Below are positions 48,450 through 61,447 of a stretch of 64,000 bases of DNA, piece after piece (the stretch's first letter is position 1; each line of letters starts with the position of its first letter). The stretch comes from Ranitomeya imitator (Eukaryota), in contig NC_091286.1 of the NCBI RefSeq assembly GCF_032444005.1, positions 375,286,001 through 375,350,000 of the forward strand, given 5' to 3'. The notes beneath the pieces are model-generated. The model saw nothing but the letters and a program-made list of their open reading frames with translations, ran no database searches and had not been told where the DNA came from. The position numbers were made by a program, and so were the translations under genes.

Positions 48450-51400
48450 TATTAAGGGCACTTCATCGAATGCAAAACAACAAAAATCCCACATTATTAA
48501 ATGCTAGGGACGAAGAAGAGATCTACATACCATATTAAAACCACAATTTTCTTTATTAAAGCCATAAATGACAATATGCTATAAAAAAAATAATAAAAAA
48601 GCAAAATGCCATCTAGGGGACGCCAGATTAACTTAAATAGGAAAATTCCCCACATGTAACACTGATCACATACTGTTAGGGCTAGCGGAACGCACCAAAT
48701 AATAAGATAGGTAGAATAAGGTGCGTTCGCAGCCCGGGGTCCACCGTGCAGAGATGGAACCTGCTTCCAAGTAATGATGGACTATATGGCGGTACAATGT
48801 GAATACACACGGGTTAACTTCACCCTGTGTGAAGGAAGCGAACCCTGTTAAGTAACAGGGCCACGGTACCGCACACAAGAGCACAAGCAAGGAGTCTCCG
48901 AGCTCAGTCCTAAGACTTTGGATCTGAGTCTGTGTAGACTACTTGCGGTCGACACCGCAACTGGGGTTATCAGCGTAACCAAAATAATAACAAAGGAATG
49001 CACGAGAGTGAGCGCGGTGCTGCACTGGCGGATGCCACTAACCACCCAGGCTTGGGTCAGGAAAGCGCTGTGAAAGTGCACGGCGCCACACTGGCGGGCA
49101 CAGCAACTAGACGCTGTATTAGTGTGTAACATGCTGTTGGATAAGTCGGGCGCTAGATAGCAATCATACACCTTCCGCAGTCATCCAATAGGGAGGGTTA
49201 TTTAAAGAGCGACTTTCACTCACAACACACACATGTTTACAAATGAACACTAGCGCATGGCCGTGTGGCCATGCGAGCCTTAAATAGCTGCAGCACGTAT
49301 AAGACCTTTCAAAAGAAGGACCAATGGAATTGCTGCAGTACCTGAGCATGTGACCCTAGATCTCCACTGAGAGATCTTGCCCTGGGCATGCTCAGTGTGT
49401 GCAAAGTGGAACTTAGTCTCAGAAGCGTCTGCTCGCCGCTGCCCAGCACTGGCTTCAATGGCAGAAGCTGGAAAAGCAGCAGCAACCCTATGCACAGAGT
49501 GAGACCGAGCAAGATGCTGGGACCGACGTCTCTGCTGAGCAGACTCCACTGCGGCTGGAGAAGAATGGGAGACCGCAGCAGAGATGGCTCGAGATTCCCC
49601 CTGTGCAGAGGCGGGAACTCGACACCTAACACATACATTTTATTATATCACTGACCACAAAAGGTCTTTAACAAACAAAATAAATCCAACAAAAGTCCAG
49701 AACATGTGTATTAATATACTGAGGCCCAAATATCCCCAATGCAGTCTGTACTAGCAAATATACCCTGGGTTACAATTAACAAAAAGGGAAATAGAAAAAT
49801 TCTTATCTGCCCACACTGCCTAGTGGCATTTGGAATACATGCCAAACAATCTTCCTAATGTAAAATGCTATTAGAAGCGATATAACATAGCTAATGCAAT
49901 GTGAAGAGTTAATAATTACCTATAACGTAGATGATCCTGGCATCCCCTCACCCCGACGCGCCTTTTGCCGCCAGCTTCTTCCGGGGGCGTGTCAAGGTGA
50001 GGGGTGGCCGTGTATTTATGTGAGCCTTAACCTATCAGCGGTGTCCAGTGCCGGTCAGGTGATATGGCGCATCGCGCGTCCTCCCCGCCTCCTACGTCAT
50101 CCTTCCTTGGCAACACTCAATGACACGCACGCTTGTTTGCGTGTCAGTGTAAGAGCGCAACCTGGAGGTGATGGAGTCCGGGGTCGGCGCGCATGCGCAA
50201 CACCGATCGGCACTTGTAGCATTGCCATCTGGAAGAAAAAAGGACTATGTGTAAAGATGAAGAGAGGAAGGGAGAGGGAAAGAGGAGAGATCCCTGCATG
50301 ATGTAGGCGGAAGGGGCTAATATGTGAGATTGATATATTGCGATAAATATATTGCGGCCATCCCAAAGCACCCATACATAAATACATGCCAATACAGTAA
50401 CTAATGTTTTACTATGTGCATTATAATTATTTTACGCACACCCCTAACAATATATTATGATATGGATTATTAGAATAAAAGACGCTAGATTATATGAAAT
50501 AAATAGACAGTTATTATAATTATTAAACAACAGCTATCTTAAAGTGCCCAATAAAAATATAAAATTAATAATAATAAATACCTATAAAGTGACTAGTGCA
50601 TAATTGTGTGATACAAACCATACCCTAAGAAGACTAAATTACCTGAATTACATGATATCCTATTTTATATTTTTACACACAAAAGTGCCCAACACTTAAT
50701 ATTAATCCCATGTATGATAAACATCCTTTTGTTTGTGTGTATGTGTAAGTCCTATAAAGTGAACTCGTGCTTGTATTGTAATGAATCACCCATAATATAC
50801 CAATATTGATAATAAATATGTATAAAGCGACTAGTGCATAGTTGTGTACATATTATATACTATGAACCCATACCCTAAGGATGAAGAATCCTAAGTTAAA
50901 GTGAACATGTGCTTTTATTGTAATTATCCCCCCCTAATATTCTGACATCTTCATTTTAGAGGATAATGATAACATGACATTATAAAAATGTGCATAATGC
51001 TTACTCTATTCCATCTATAGTAACCTCTTGAGAATAACATGAACCACCAGATAGCCTAACACGCTTAATATTATTCCCCTTGTTTTTAATATATATATAT
51101 ATATAAGTCGTATAAAGTGAACAGGTGCTTTTATTATAATCATTCCCCAATAATATACTATCCTCTCCATTTATAAGGGTAATCATATAACATTTAACAT
51201 TATAGCAAAGCGCATAGTGCTTACTATATAAAATCTATAAAAACCATTAAAGTGACATGAACCAATAGGCCATAAATTGAGAACCAGGTGCACCCGAGGC
51301 AACCCCCAGACAAGGCTAACACCTATGTCCCAGAGGCCACCCCAGACACACCCGGTCACCACAAGGAGGCACAGCCACAGCCATACCAGTCCTTATGTAA

Positions 51401-52590
51401 AATAAAAAATCAAAATTGAAATTAAAAATAAAAATACAGAAATAATAATAATAAAATAAAATTAGTGAATTGTTTACTTCCTTCCACCTACTATACCCAT
51501 AACTAAACTGTGTATAAAATGTATATGGCATATAAATATATTATGAAAGGTATATATGAAAGGTATCTAAGGGCTACCCAAGGCCGAATGGATAGTACAA
51601 AAAACCCAAATAACAGTGCAGAAACCCACATAATAATAACAAAATCCCCCCCATAGCCAAATCTTCATCCAAGGGACCACCGATTCTGACAATTCTTATC
51701 GAACTCCAAAACCAGACGGTTTTTTCATAGGAACCGGATAGCTCACACAAATAGAACTAAAATTAATGGAAACAAAAATAAATGTTAAAATCACAATTAC
51801 AATTACACCTACAGCATGGCCATTTTTAACCACGGAAAAATACCCCTTCCCCATATTTTCATTAAGTCCAGCCGGACTTAAAGTGCCTAAACTGTAGATC
51901 CAACGGCATTCTAATTTTGCAGGGGATTTCCTCACATCTCCACCTCTGACCCCCAAATCCACCTGATCAATGGCTTTTATACATAGACCATGAGGGTTGC
52001 ATTTATGATATCTTTTAAAATGCCTAGGGAGTGTCTTTAGCAGGGCATCATCTTCCACTGTAAAAGCTTTTTCGATGTCTAAGACATGCTCCCTAGCACG
52101 AATTTTCAATTCCCTCGTGGTCAAACCACATACACCTTCCCACAGGGACACTCCGCATGATATACTACCCCTTTTGATGTACAGGTAAGGTGTTTGCGGA
52201 TGTCTAATTGCCGAGACCTGTTAGAGTTACTGAATTTTTTGGATTTATGCAAATTCCAACAGGCCTTACATAGGCCACAGAGAAAAAAGCCAGCTGACAA
52301 AGACGCCAGGATCATCCACATTATAGTTAATTATTAACTCTTCACATTGCATTGGCTATGTTATATTGCTTCTAATAGCATTTTACATTAGGAAGATTGT
52401 TTGGCATGTATTCCAAGGGCCGCTAGGCAGTGTGGGCAGATAAGAATTTTTCTATTTCCCTGTATGTTAATTGTAACCCAGGGTATATTTGCTAGTACAG
52501 ACTGCATTGGGGATATTTGGGCCTGGGTATATTAATACACATGTTCTGGACTTTTGTTGGATTTATTTTGTTTGTTAAAGACCTTTTGTG
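48450..52590 (-). mobile_element. Third 5'-truncated Neptune-type PLE with inverted pLTR (52326-52590 mirrors 49660-49915)
   Basis: CGLCKAC...VVYHAECPCGKVYV / GLTTRELKIRAREH GIY-YIG split by a frameshift (ORFs 52121-52321, 51696-52151); left boundary approximate. Confidence 0.75.
48674..49631 (-). mobile_element. Solo LTR of the element-X family
   Basis: TGTTAGG...CCTAACA, 5-bp TSD CATAC. Confidence 0.9.
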
Positions 52591-53553
52591 GTATAAGTAC
52601 GAAGGGCAGCACAACTGCGCATACAGAACAGACGCCAGGAACGATAATGCAGGAAGAGGAGGCGGCGCCTGGCGCGCACAAGCCAGGAGTGACGGCTGTG
52701 CTGCGTCTCATTAGAAAGGAAAGTCCTGCCTCCCGGACGGGTTCAGGGTATGTGGGGGCAAATTTTATAAAGGGTTTATTTCAGCGTGTGCAGGTGTTTG
52801 TAACTAAAGAGCCACCTTGTCAGAATGCAGCATTTGTGCTGCACAAGATGGCTCTTTTAGTTACAAACGCCTGAGGGGGGTGACAGGTTCCCTTTAAAGA
52901 CAAAATTGTAGACTTAATATAGGCAGTACGCTTGTCTCCACAGAATTGTAACATTGGCTTATTCAGAAGAATAAAATCAGGCAAGGAAAGTCATATGAAT
53001 AATCTATTGCATACAACTGTATAAGAATATTTTCTTATGTTAATTATCTATTCTGTATGCAAAGAACATTAATTGCATCAGTTGAGAAAAATTAACTAAT
53101 GCAAAACCAATTTTAATATTGACATGAAAGCACATTAATATTTGGACTTAGAAATTATGTTGGTTCTCATACAAAATGCATTTGAAAGCTAATTGTGTTT
53201 TTAAGCAGATAATTTCTTAAACCTAGCCCAATTGTATGCACCATCTGGTGCAATTATTTTTAAATAGATTTAAATTAGCTTTGTATTAATTAAGCTTTGT
53301 TTTGAATGAGCTGCCTTTTGTTTGTCATTAATGACTGAGGTGAACAATGCTGATTATAATTAATAATCAACTTAACCAAAAAACAAATTTGCTGTTAAAG
53401 ATAAGCAAATAGCCTCATATTGAAAAATGTATGTTATTAATCGCATGCTAGATTTTATATTTTAAAATATTAAAAGGGTATGTGAATAATTTAAATGTCA
53501 TGTCTCAGAGATAGGATATGTCATAACATTGTTATTATTATTATTATTATTAA

Positions 53554-54762
53554 CCCCTTAACCCCCCTGGCCGTTTTCCATTTTTACATTTTCGCTTTTT
53601 TGCTCCGCTTCTTCCCAGAGCCATAACTTTTTTTATTTTTCTGTCAATTTCACCATGTGAAGGCTTGTTTTTTGCAAGACAAGTTGTACTTTTGAATGAA
53701 ATCATCCTTTTTTACATATCATCTACTGTTAAATGGTAAAAAATTCCAAGTGCGATGAAATTGCAAAAAAAGTGCAATTCCACAATAGTTTTTTTTTTTT
53801 TTTTACCATAGCCAATAAATGCTAAAACTAACCCGCCATTATGATTCTCCAGGTCATTATGAGTTCACAGATACCAAACATGTATAAGTTGATTGAAAAA
53901 AATCTCAAATTTGTAAAACAAAAAAAAAGGCTCAATTTTCTGAGACCTCTACCATCTCCATTTTTTGTGATCTGGGGCTGGGTGAGGGCAGACTTTTTGT
54001 GCAAGAAGGTAATGTTTCTATTGATACCATTGTGGTGAAGATACGATCTTCCCGCTATTGCATGTTATTGCAATATAGTGGCGACCAAAATAAACTAATT
54101 TTGGCCTTTTTCTTTTTTTTCTCTCCTTACGCCATATAGCGATCAGGTTAATTCTTCTTTATATTGATAGATCAGGCGATTCTAAACACGCCAATACCAA
54201 ATATGTGTACATTTGATTTTTTTATTGTTTTTTTTTTAATAGGGCGAAAGGGGAGTGATTTGAACTTGTCTATTTTTTTTATTTTGTTATATTTTTAAAA
54301 ACTTTTTTTTCATGTTTTGCATGCTTCAATAGTGTATATGGAAGACTAGAATCTGCAGTACTTTTATTGCTTCTGCTGCACACAGGTTATGATCAGATCA
54401 CCTGTGTGTAGCAGAAATGCAGTGACTCTCATAGCAATCTGGCAATGACAAACATAGAGGTCTGCTGCAGACCTCTGGTTGTCATGCCGACCCATCCGTG
54501 ACCCGCGATCATGTGACGGGGTCACCAATGGGTAGGAATATTGATGCGCTTCCTGCAAGCACGAGTTAAATGCTGCTGTCAGAGATTGACAGCAGCATTT
54601 AACTAGTTAAGAGTCGCTTGTAGATCGCGATTCCACATGCAGCTGTTGCAGGCACTTGTCAGCTGTCATGTGCCCGGAATGGTGCAGTCTCAGTGCCAGA
54701 GCCCGCACTACAAAGAGGGAGTCCTACATGTGCATTTTATTTCTGTACATTTCGGAAAGGTA
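53554..54762. mobile_element. piggyBac-like non-autonomous element, related to 18652-19888 in opposite orientation
   Basis: TTAA|CCCCTT left end; degenerate right end gaaaggta|TTAA. Confidence 0.7.
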
Positions 54763-54769
54763 TTAAAAT

Positions 54770-55316
54770 TAGTGATGGGCGAACCCACCGATGTTCGAGA
54801 TCGGCGGGTTTGCCCGGGTTTTCTGTAAAGTTCGAGTTCGGGGATGGACATGACACGAACTTGCATCTGAACCCCGAACTCATACTTTATATATATGAGA
54901 TGAGGAGGGGGAGCTGTAAAAAAAGCAGAAAATTAATAATAAACATTATAATTATACTTACCTGTCCAGCGATGTGTCCTCCCGTCCCACTGTCTCCCGG
55001 CCACATCTGCTTCCGGGGTCGCTCATTAACTGCCAGAAAAAGCTGAAGACTGGCGAGTGCAGTGAATACTGCCGGCAGTTAATGAGCGGCCCCGGAAGCA
55101 GATGCGGCCAGGAGACAGTGGGACAAGAGGACACATCGCTGGACAGGTAAGTATAATTATAATGCTTATTATTAATTTTCTGTTTTTTTTACAACCCGAA
55201 CTGGACCCAAACTGTAACACGGGTTTCCCATGGAAACCCATGTTTGGGACCATGTGACCGAACACTATGTGTTCGGTACGGTCCCGAACTTTACAGTTCA
55301 GGTTCGCTCATCCCTA
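54770..55316. mobile_element. hAT MITE
   Basis: TIRs tagtgatgggcgaac / gttcgctcatcccta; TSD attaaaat / gttaaaat. Confidence 0.8.
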
Positions 55317-56104
55317 GTTAAAATCCAACTATCTGAATTCCCACCAATTAGGAGAATATAGGTCTCTTTGGCACTTTTTCTGCACAGTGCCGCTACCTGC
55401 CACCCATGTGCAGGGAACTGCAACATAGCTGCTTTCATGGTAATGGAGTTGTGCTGAATTTCACTGCATAGATGATGGCCACAGGGGACCTTTATTCTCT
55501 ATATAACGACATACATGCATCAATTTTTGTTATAAACTTATATATCACCAAATCCTTATTATTTATTTTAATTTTCTATAATTGCATGAGAGTGATAGTG
55601 TGGTATGTGATGTGCCTTCACTTTGGAAGGTTATTCATTGAGTATAATTGCACTCACTAAAATAACTCTATTATTTTATGATATCAAAGTTTCTTATTTT
55701 TTTTATATATCCTTCATATTTAAAATACACTTTAGCCACTTCTTACCTCATACAAAAAAATGCAAGTAATTGGTGGTATTCCGTTGGTGTGCACGTTTAT
55801 CATGAACAGCTTCCAAGCACTGTTAGATATTCACAATCCTGCACTTGCTAAACCACTATAATTAGAAAAAATAATTCCTGATTGTTGACATAATAATACT
55901 TTTGCTTTTGTGTCAGTTCTTAACTTTGTGTGTTTGTCCTCATGTGATGCATTTAGATAATGGTGGTCAACCAGCCTAATCTGTTAGCATGGGTGTTACT
56001 AATAATCTATAAGCGAGACACTTTGCACTACCTGTGTGTGACTAGCGCCCTATGCAAGCCTTCTTTATGTGCAATTTTATCATTTTTAATAATAAGCAAT
56101 CTCC

Positions 56105-56866
56105 TGAGTCACCCGCAGGGGAGTGGGATACTCAGTACCGGGTCCGGTCGCAAAAAGGGATGTCACGGTGGCTGCGACCCAGTCAGTGGCCCTGGGCATC
56201 TACTTTAAAGGGGGTTAAATGTTCAAAGTTTGCAAAGCTTGCAGTGGTGTAGCTATCTTGGTGAAGTCTTTAATAAATCTTCTGTAATAGCCAACCAACC
56301 CTAGGAATTGTCGGACTTCATGGAGGTTACTGGGTTTCGGCCAGTTCTTGATCACGGTGATCGTGTCTGGGTCTGGGGCCACTCATTCAGAGCTCACCAC
56401 ATGGCCCAGGTACAGTACTTTGGATTTCAACAGGTGACATTTAGGTGGTTTTACCTTCAAGCCAAAGTTGGACATGCCTTCAAACACCTTGGCCAGGTGC
56501 TTCAGGTGATCTTCATATGTCTTGGAGAAGACAATGACGTTGTCTAGATACAACAAGACAGTTTCGAAGTTCTTGTGCCCGAGACAGCACTCCATCATTC
56601 TCTGAAATGTCCCTGGGGCGTTGCACAGTCCAAACGGCATGTAATTAAATTCAGCGAGACCCATTGGTGTTGTGAAGGCCGTCTTCTCCTTGTCCGCCTC
56701 TGCTACGGGAACCTGCCAATACCCACTGTGAGATCCAAGGTAGAAAAGTAATTAGCAGACTTTAATGCAGCCAATCACTCTTCTATTCTAGGCAACGGGT
56801 ATGCATCCTTGTGTGTAATGCGGTTTATCTGCCTATAATCCACACACATTCCCATGGTACCCGTTC
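56105..56866 (-). mobile_element. Gypsy element Z remnant: RT fragment fused to an LTR end
   Basis: [38 protein letters not shown]; probable LTR terminus near 56105. Confidence 0.75.
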
Positions 56867-59800
56867 TGTTATGATACGGTGGTCTAGGAGCAACATGGAA
56901 TGAGCTCTGAAGGAAGTGGTAACTGTACTGACCGCAGTCCCTAAGCTCAACACAACACTAGAAGTAGCCGTGGATGCTCCTAACTCTCCCTAGGCATCTC
57001 GTCACAGCCTAAGAGCTAACTACCCCTAAAGAAAGAAGCAGGAAAGCTATCTTGCCTCAGAGAAAATCCCCAAAGGATAGATTAGCCCCCACAAATAATG
57101 ACTGTGAGTGGAGAGGGAAAAGACATACACAGAATGAAACCAGGATGAGCACAGGAGGCCAGTCTAGCTAAATAGATAGGACAGGATGGAATACTGTGCG
57201 GTCAGTATAAAACACTACAAAAATCCACGCAGAGTTTACAAAAAATCTCCACACCTGACTAAAGGTGTGGAGGGCAAATCTGCCTCCCAGAGCTTCCAGC
57301 AAGACAGAATTAATTCACACTGATAAGCTGGACAAACATAGAAAGCACAGAATGGATAAGTCCACAATCTATGGACAGAAAAGAGCAAGCAAAAACTTAG
57401 CTTTGCTGAACTGGTCAGGATAACAGGGAACTTCAAAGAGATGTGAATCCAACCAGGAACCATTTACAAGTGGCACTGGCTGAAGAAAGAGCCAGGCCTA
57501 AATAGCCGAGCAGAAGAGACGATAAGTGGAAGCAGCTGATGATAGCTAACTCCAAAGAGCAGCCATACGACTAGAAACCACAAGAGGGAGCCCAGGAGCA
57601 GAACCCACAAAAGTGCCACTTACAACCACCGGAGGGAGCCCAAGAGCGGAATTCACAACAGTACCCCCCCTTGAGGAGGGGTCACCGAACCCTCACCAGA
57701 GCCCCCAGGCCGATCAGGACGAGCCAAGTGAAAAGCACAAACCAAATTGGTGGCATGGACATCGGAGGCAACAACCCAAGAATTATCCTCCTGGCCATAA
57801 CCCTTCCACTTGACAAGATACTGAAGCCTCCGCCTCGAAAAACGAGAATCCAAAATCTTCTCAACCTCATATTCCAACTCTCCCTCAACCAACACCGGGG
57901 CAGGAGGGTCAACCAAGGGAACAACGGGCACCACATATCTCCGCAACAAAGATCTATGGAAAACATTATGAATGGCAAAAGAGGCTGGAAGAGCCAAACG
58001 AAAAGACACCGGATTAATAATTTCAGAAATTTTATAAGGACCAATAAACCGAGGCTTAAACTTAGGAGAAGAAACCTTCATAGGAACATGATGAGAAGAC
58101 AACCAAACCAAATCTTCCACACGAAGCCGGGGACCAACACACCGACGGCGGTTAGCAAAACGTTGAGCCCTTTCCTGAGACAACGTCAAATTGTCCACCA
58201 CATGAGTCCAAATCTGCTGCAGCCTGTCCACCACAGAATCAACACCAGGACAATCAGAAGGCTCAACCTGCCCAGAAGAAAAATGAGGATGAAAACCAAA
58301 ATTACAAAAGAAAGGTGAAACCAAAGTAGCCGAACTAGCCCGATTATTAAGGGCAAACTCGGCCAACGGCAAGAAAGACACCCAATCATCCTGATCAGCA
58401 GACACAAAGCATCTCAAATAGGTCTCCAAGGTCTGATTAGTTCGCTCAGTTTGGCCATTAGTCTGAGGATGAAACGCCGAAGAAAAAGACAAATCAATGC
58501 CCATCCTAGCACAAAAGGCCGGCCAAAATCTAGAGATAAACTGAGAACCTCTGTCAGACACAATATTCTCCAGAATGCCATGCAAACGAACCACATGCTG
58601 AAAAAATAATGGAACCAGATCTGAGGAGGAAGGCAACTTAGGCAAAGGTACCAGATGGACCATTTTAGAGAACCGGTCACAAACAACCCAGATAACAGAC
58701 ATCTTCTGGGAAACAGGAAGATCCAAAATAAAATCCATGGAAATATGTGTCCAGGGCCTCTCAGGGACCGGCAAAGGCAAAAGCAACCCACTGGCGCGGG
58801 AACAGCAAGGCTTGGCCCGGGCGCAAGTCCCACAGGACTGCACAAAAGCACGCATATCGCGCGACAAGGAAGGCCACCAAAAGGACCTAGAAACCAAATC
58901 TCTGGTACCAAAAATCCCAGGATGACCAGCCAACACTGAACAATGAACCTCAGAAATTACCTTACTTGTCCATCTATCAGGAACAAAAATGCATCCCCAC
59001 TGGACAGCGGTCAGGCCTATCAGCCTGAAATGCCTGAAGCACCCGCCGCAAATCAGGGGAGATAGCAGAAAGAATCACCCCCTCCTTAAGAATGCCAACC
59101 GGCTCAAGGACTCCAGGAGAATCAGGCGAAAAACTCCTAGAGAGGGCATCAGCCTTAACATTCTTAGATCCCGGAAGATACGAGACCACAAAATCAAAAC
59201 GGGAGAAAAACAGGGACCATCGAGCCTGTCTAGGATTCAGCCGCTTGGCCGACTCGAGGTAAATCAGATTCTTATGATTGGTCAGGACCACAACACGGTG
59301 TTTAGCTCCCTCAAGCCAATGTCGCCACTCCTCAAACGCCCACTTCATAGCCAACAACTCCCGATTGCCGACATCATAATTGCGTTCCGCAGGCGAAAAC
59401 TTTCTGGAAAAAAAAGCGCACGGTTTCATCAAAGAACCATCAGACTCCCTCTGAGACAAAACGGCCCCTGCCTCAATCTCAGAAGCGTCGACCTCAATCT
59501 GAAAAGGAAGAGAAACATCCGGCTGATGCAACACAGGGGCAGAAGTAAATCAGCGTTTAAGCTCCTGAAAGGCCTCAACAGCCTCAGAGGACCAATTCGT
59601 CACATCAGCGCCTTTCTTCGTCAAATCAGTAAGGGGCTTAACCACACTGGAAAAGTTGGCAATGAAACGGCGATAGAAATTAGCAAAGCCCAAAAATTTT
59701 TGAAGACCCTTCACAGATGTGGGTTGGATCCAGTCATGAATAGCTTGGACCTTAACAGGATCCATTTCTATAGACGAGGGAGAAAAAATAAAACCCAAAA

Positions 59801-61447
59801 AAGAGACCTTCTGAACTCCGAATAGGCACTTAGACCCCTTCACAAATAAAGCATTATCACGAAGGACCTGGAACACCATCCTGACCTGCTTCACATGAGA
59901 CTCCCAATCATCGGAAAAAATCAAAATATCATCCAAATATGCGACCATGAATTTATCAAGATAATTGCGGAAAATATCATGCATGAAAGATTGGAACACA
60001 GATGGAGCATTAGAGAGCCCAAATGGCATCACAAGGTATTCAAAATGGCCTTCGGGCGTATTAAATGCAGTTTTCCATTCGTCACCCTGTTTAATACGAA
60101 CAAGATTATATGCCCCTCGGAGGTCATTCTTAGTAAACCAACTAGCCCCCTTAATCTGAGCAAACAAATCAGTAAGCAAAGGCAAGGGGTATTGGAATTT
60201 TGAGCGTGATCTTATTAAGAAGATGACAATCAATACAGGGTCTCAAGGAGCCATCCTTCTTAGCAACAAAAAAGAAACCCGCTCCCAATGGTGACGAAGA
60301 GGGCCGAATATGCCCCTTCTCCAAAGACTCCTTAACATAACTCTGCATGGCGGCATGCTCTGGCACAGACAGATTGAAAAGTCGGCCCTTAGGGAATTTG
60401 CAACCAGGAATCAAGTTAATAGCACAATCACAGTCCCTGTGCGGAGGAAGGGAACTGGACTTGGGCTCATCAAATACATCCTGGAAATCCGACAAAACTC
60501 AGGGACCTCAGAAGAGGGGGAAGAGGAAATTGACATCAAAGGAACATCACTATGTACTCCTCGACAACCCCAACTAGTCACCGACATAGTTTTCCAATCC
60601 AGCACCGGATTATGTTCCTGTAACCATGGAAATCCCAGTACAACAACATCATGCAGGTTATGCAACACCAGAAAACGGCAATCTTCCTGATGTGCAGGAG
60701 CCATGTACATAGTCATCTGTGTCCAGTACTGAGGTTTATCCTTGGCCAAGGGTGTAGCATCAATACCCCTCAAAGGAATAGGGCTCTGCAAAGGCTGCAA
60801 GGAAAAACCACAGCGCCTGGCGAATTCTAAGTCCATTAAGTTTAGGGCAGCGCCTGAATCCACAAATGCCATGACAGAAAAGGACGACAATGAGCAAATC
60901 AGGGTCACAGATAAGAGAAATTTAGGCTGTATAGTACTAATGATAACAGACCTAGCGACTCTCTTAGTACGCTTAGGGCAATCAGAGATAACATGAGCCG
61001 AATCACCACATTAAAAACACAGCCTATTCTGACGTCTGAATTCCTGCCGTTCTATTCTAGTCAAAATCCTATCACATTGCATAGGTTCAGGACTTTGCTC
61101 AGAGGATACTGCCATATGGTGCAAAGCTTTGCGCTCGCGCAGACGCCGATCAGTCTGAATGGCTAGAGACATAGATTCGCTCAAACCAGTAGGCGTAGGA
61201 AAGCCCACCATAACATCTTTAAGGGTTTCAGAAAGACCTTTTCTGAAAATAGCAGCCAGAGCCTCTTCATTCCATTTAGTGAGCACAGACCATTTTCTAA
61301 ATTTCTGGCAGTATAACTCTGCCGCTTCCTGACCTTGACTCAAGGCCAACAGGGTTTTTTCTGCATGATCCACAGAATTAGGTTCGTCATACAATAATCC
61401 GAGCGCTTAAAAAAATGCATCTACATTCAATAATGCCGGATCCCCTG
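56867..61447 (-). mobile_element. Chromovirus Y (same clade as 9200-14858), decayed; 3' LTR 56867-57660
   Basis: gag/PR/RT/RH/IN-chromodomain split across several ORFs; PPT complement gtacccccccttgagg at 57661; gag cut at 61447 by element X. Confidence 0.92.
57653..58936 (-). CDS. Integrase-chromodomain ORF fragment of element Y
   Basis: WTHISMDF, HPQTNGQTERTNQ, EYEVEKILDSRFSRRRLQYLVKWKGY. Confidence 0.85.
   Translation of the reverse strand: MLAGHPGIFGTRDLVSRSFWWPSLSRDMRAFVQSCGTCARAKPCCSRASGLLLPLPVPERPWTHISMDFILDLPVSQKMSVIWVVCDRFSKMVHLVPLPKLPSSSDLVPLFFQHVVRLHGILENIVSDRGSQFISRFWPAFCARMGIDLSFSSAFHPQTNGQTERTNQTLETYLRCFVSADQDDWVSFLPLAEFALNNRASSATLVSPFFCNFGFHPHFSSGQVEPSDCPGVDSVVDRLQQIWTHVVDNLTLSQERAQRFANRRRCVGPRLRVEDLVWLSSHHVPMKVSSPKFKPRFIGPYKISEIINPVSFRLALPASFAIHNVFHRSLLRRYVVPVVPLVDPPAPVLVEGELEYEVEKILDSRFSRRRLQYLVKWKGYGQEDNSWVVASDVHATNLVCAFHLARPDRPGGSGEGSVTPPQGGVLL

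Noticed and set aside
50560-51260. Degenerate repeats with a tataaagtga motif
   Set aside because: Appear to be internal duplications in a PLE 3' region; no further structure seen
57671-59825. Long plus-strand ORFs antisense to pol (215 aa, 278 aa; similar ORFs antisense to the other elements)
   Set aside because: Shadow ORFs of the coding strand; not preserved at the same length in the sister element
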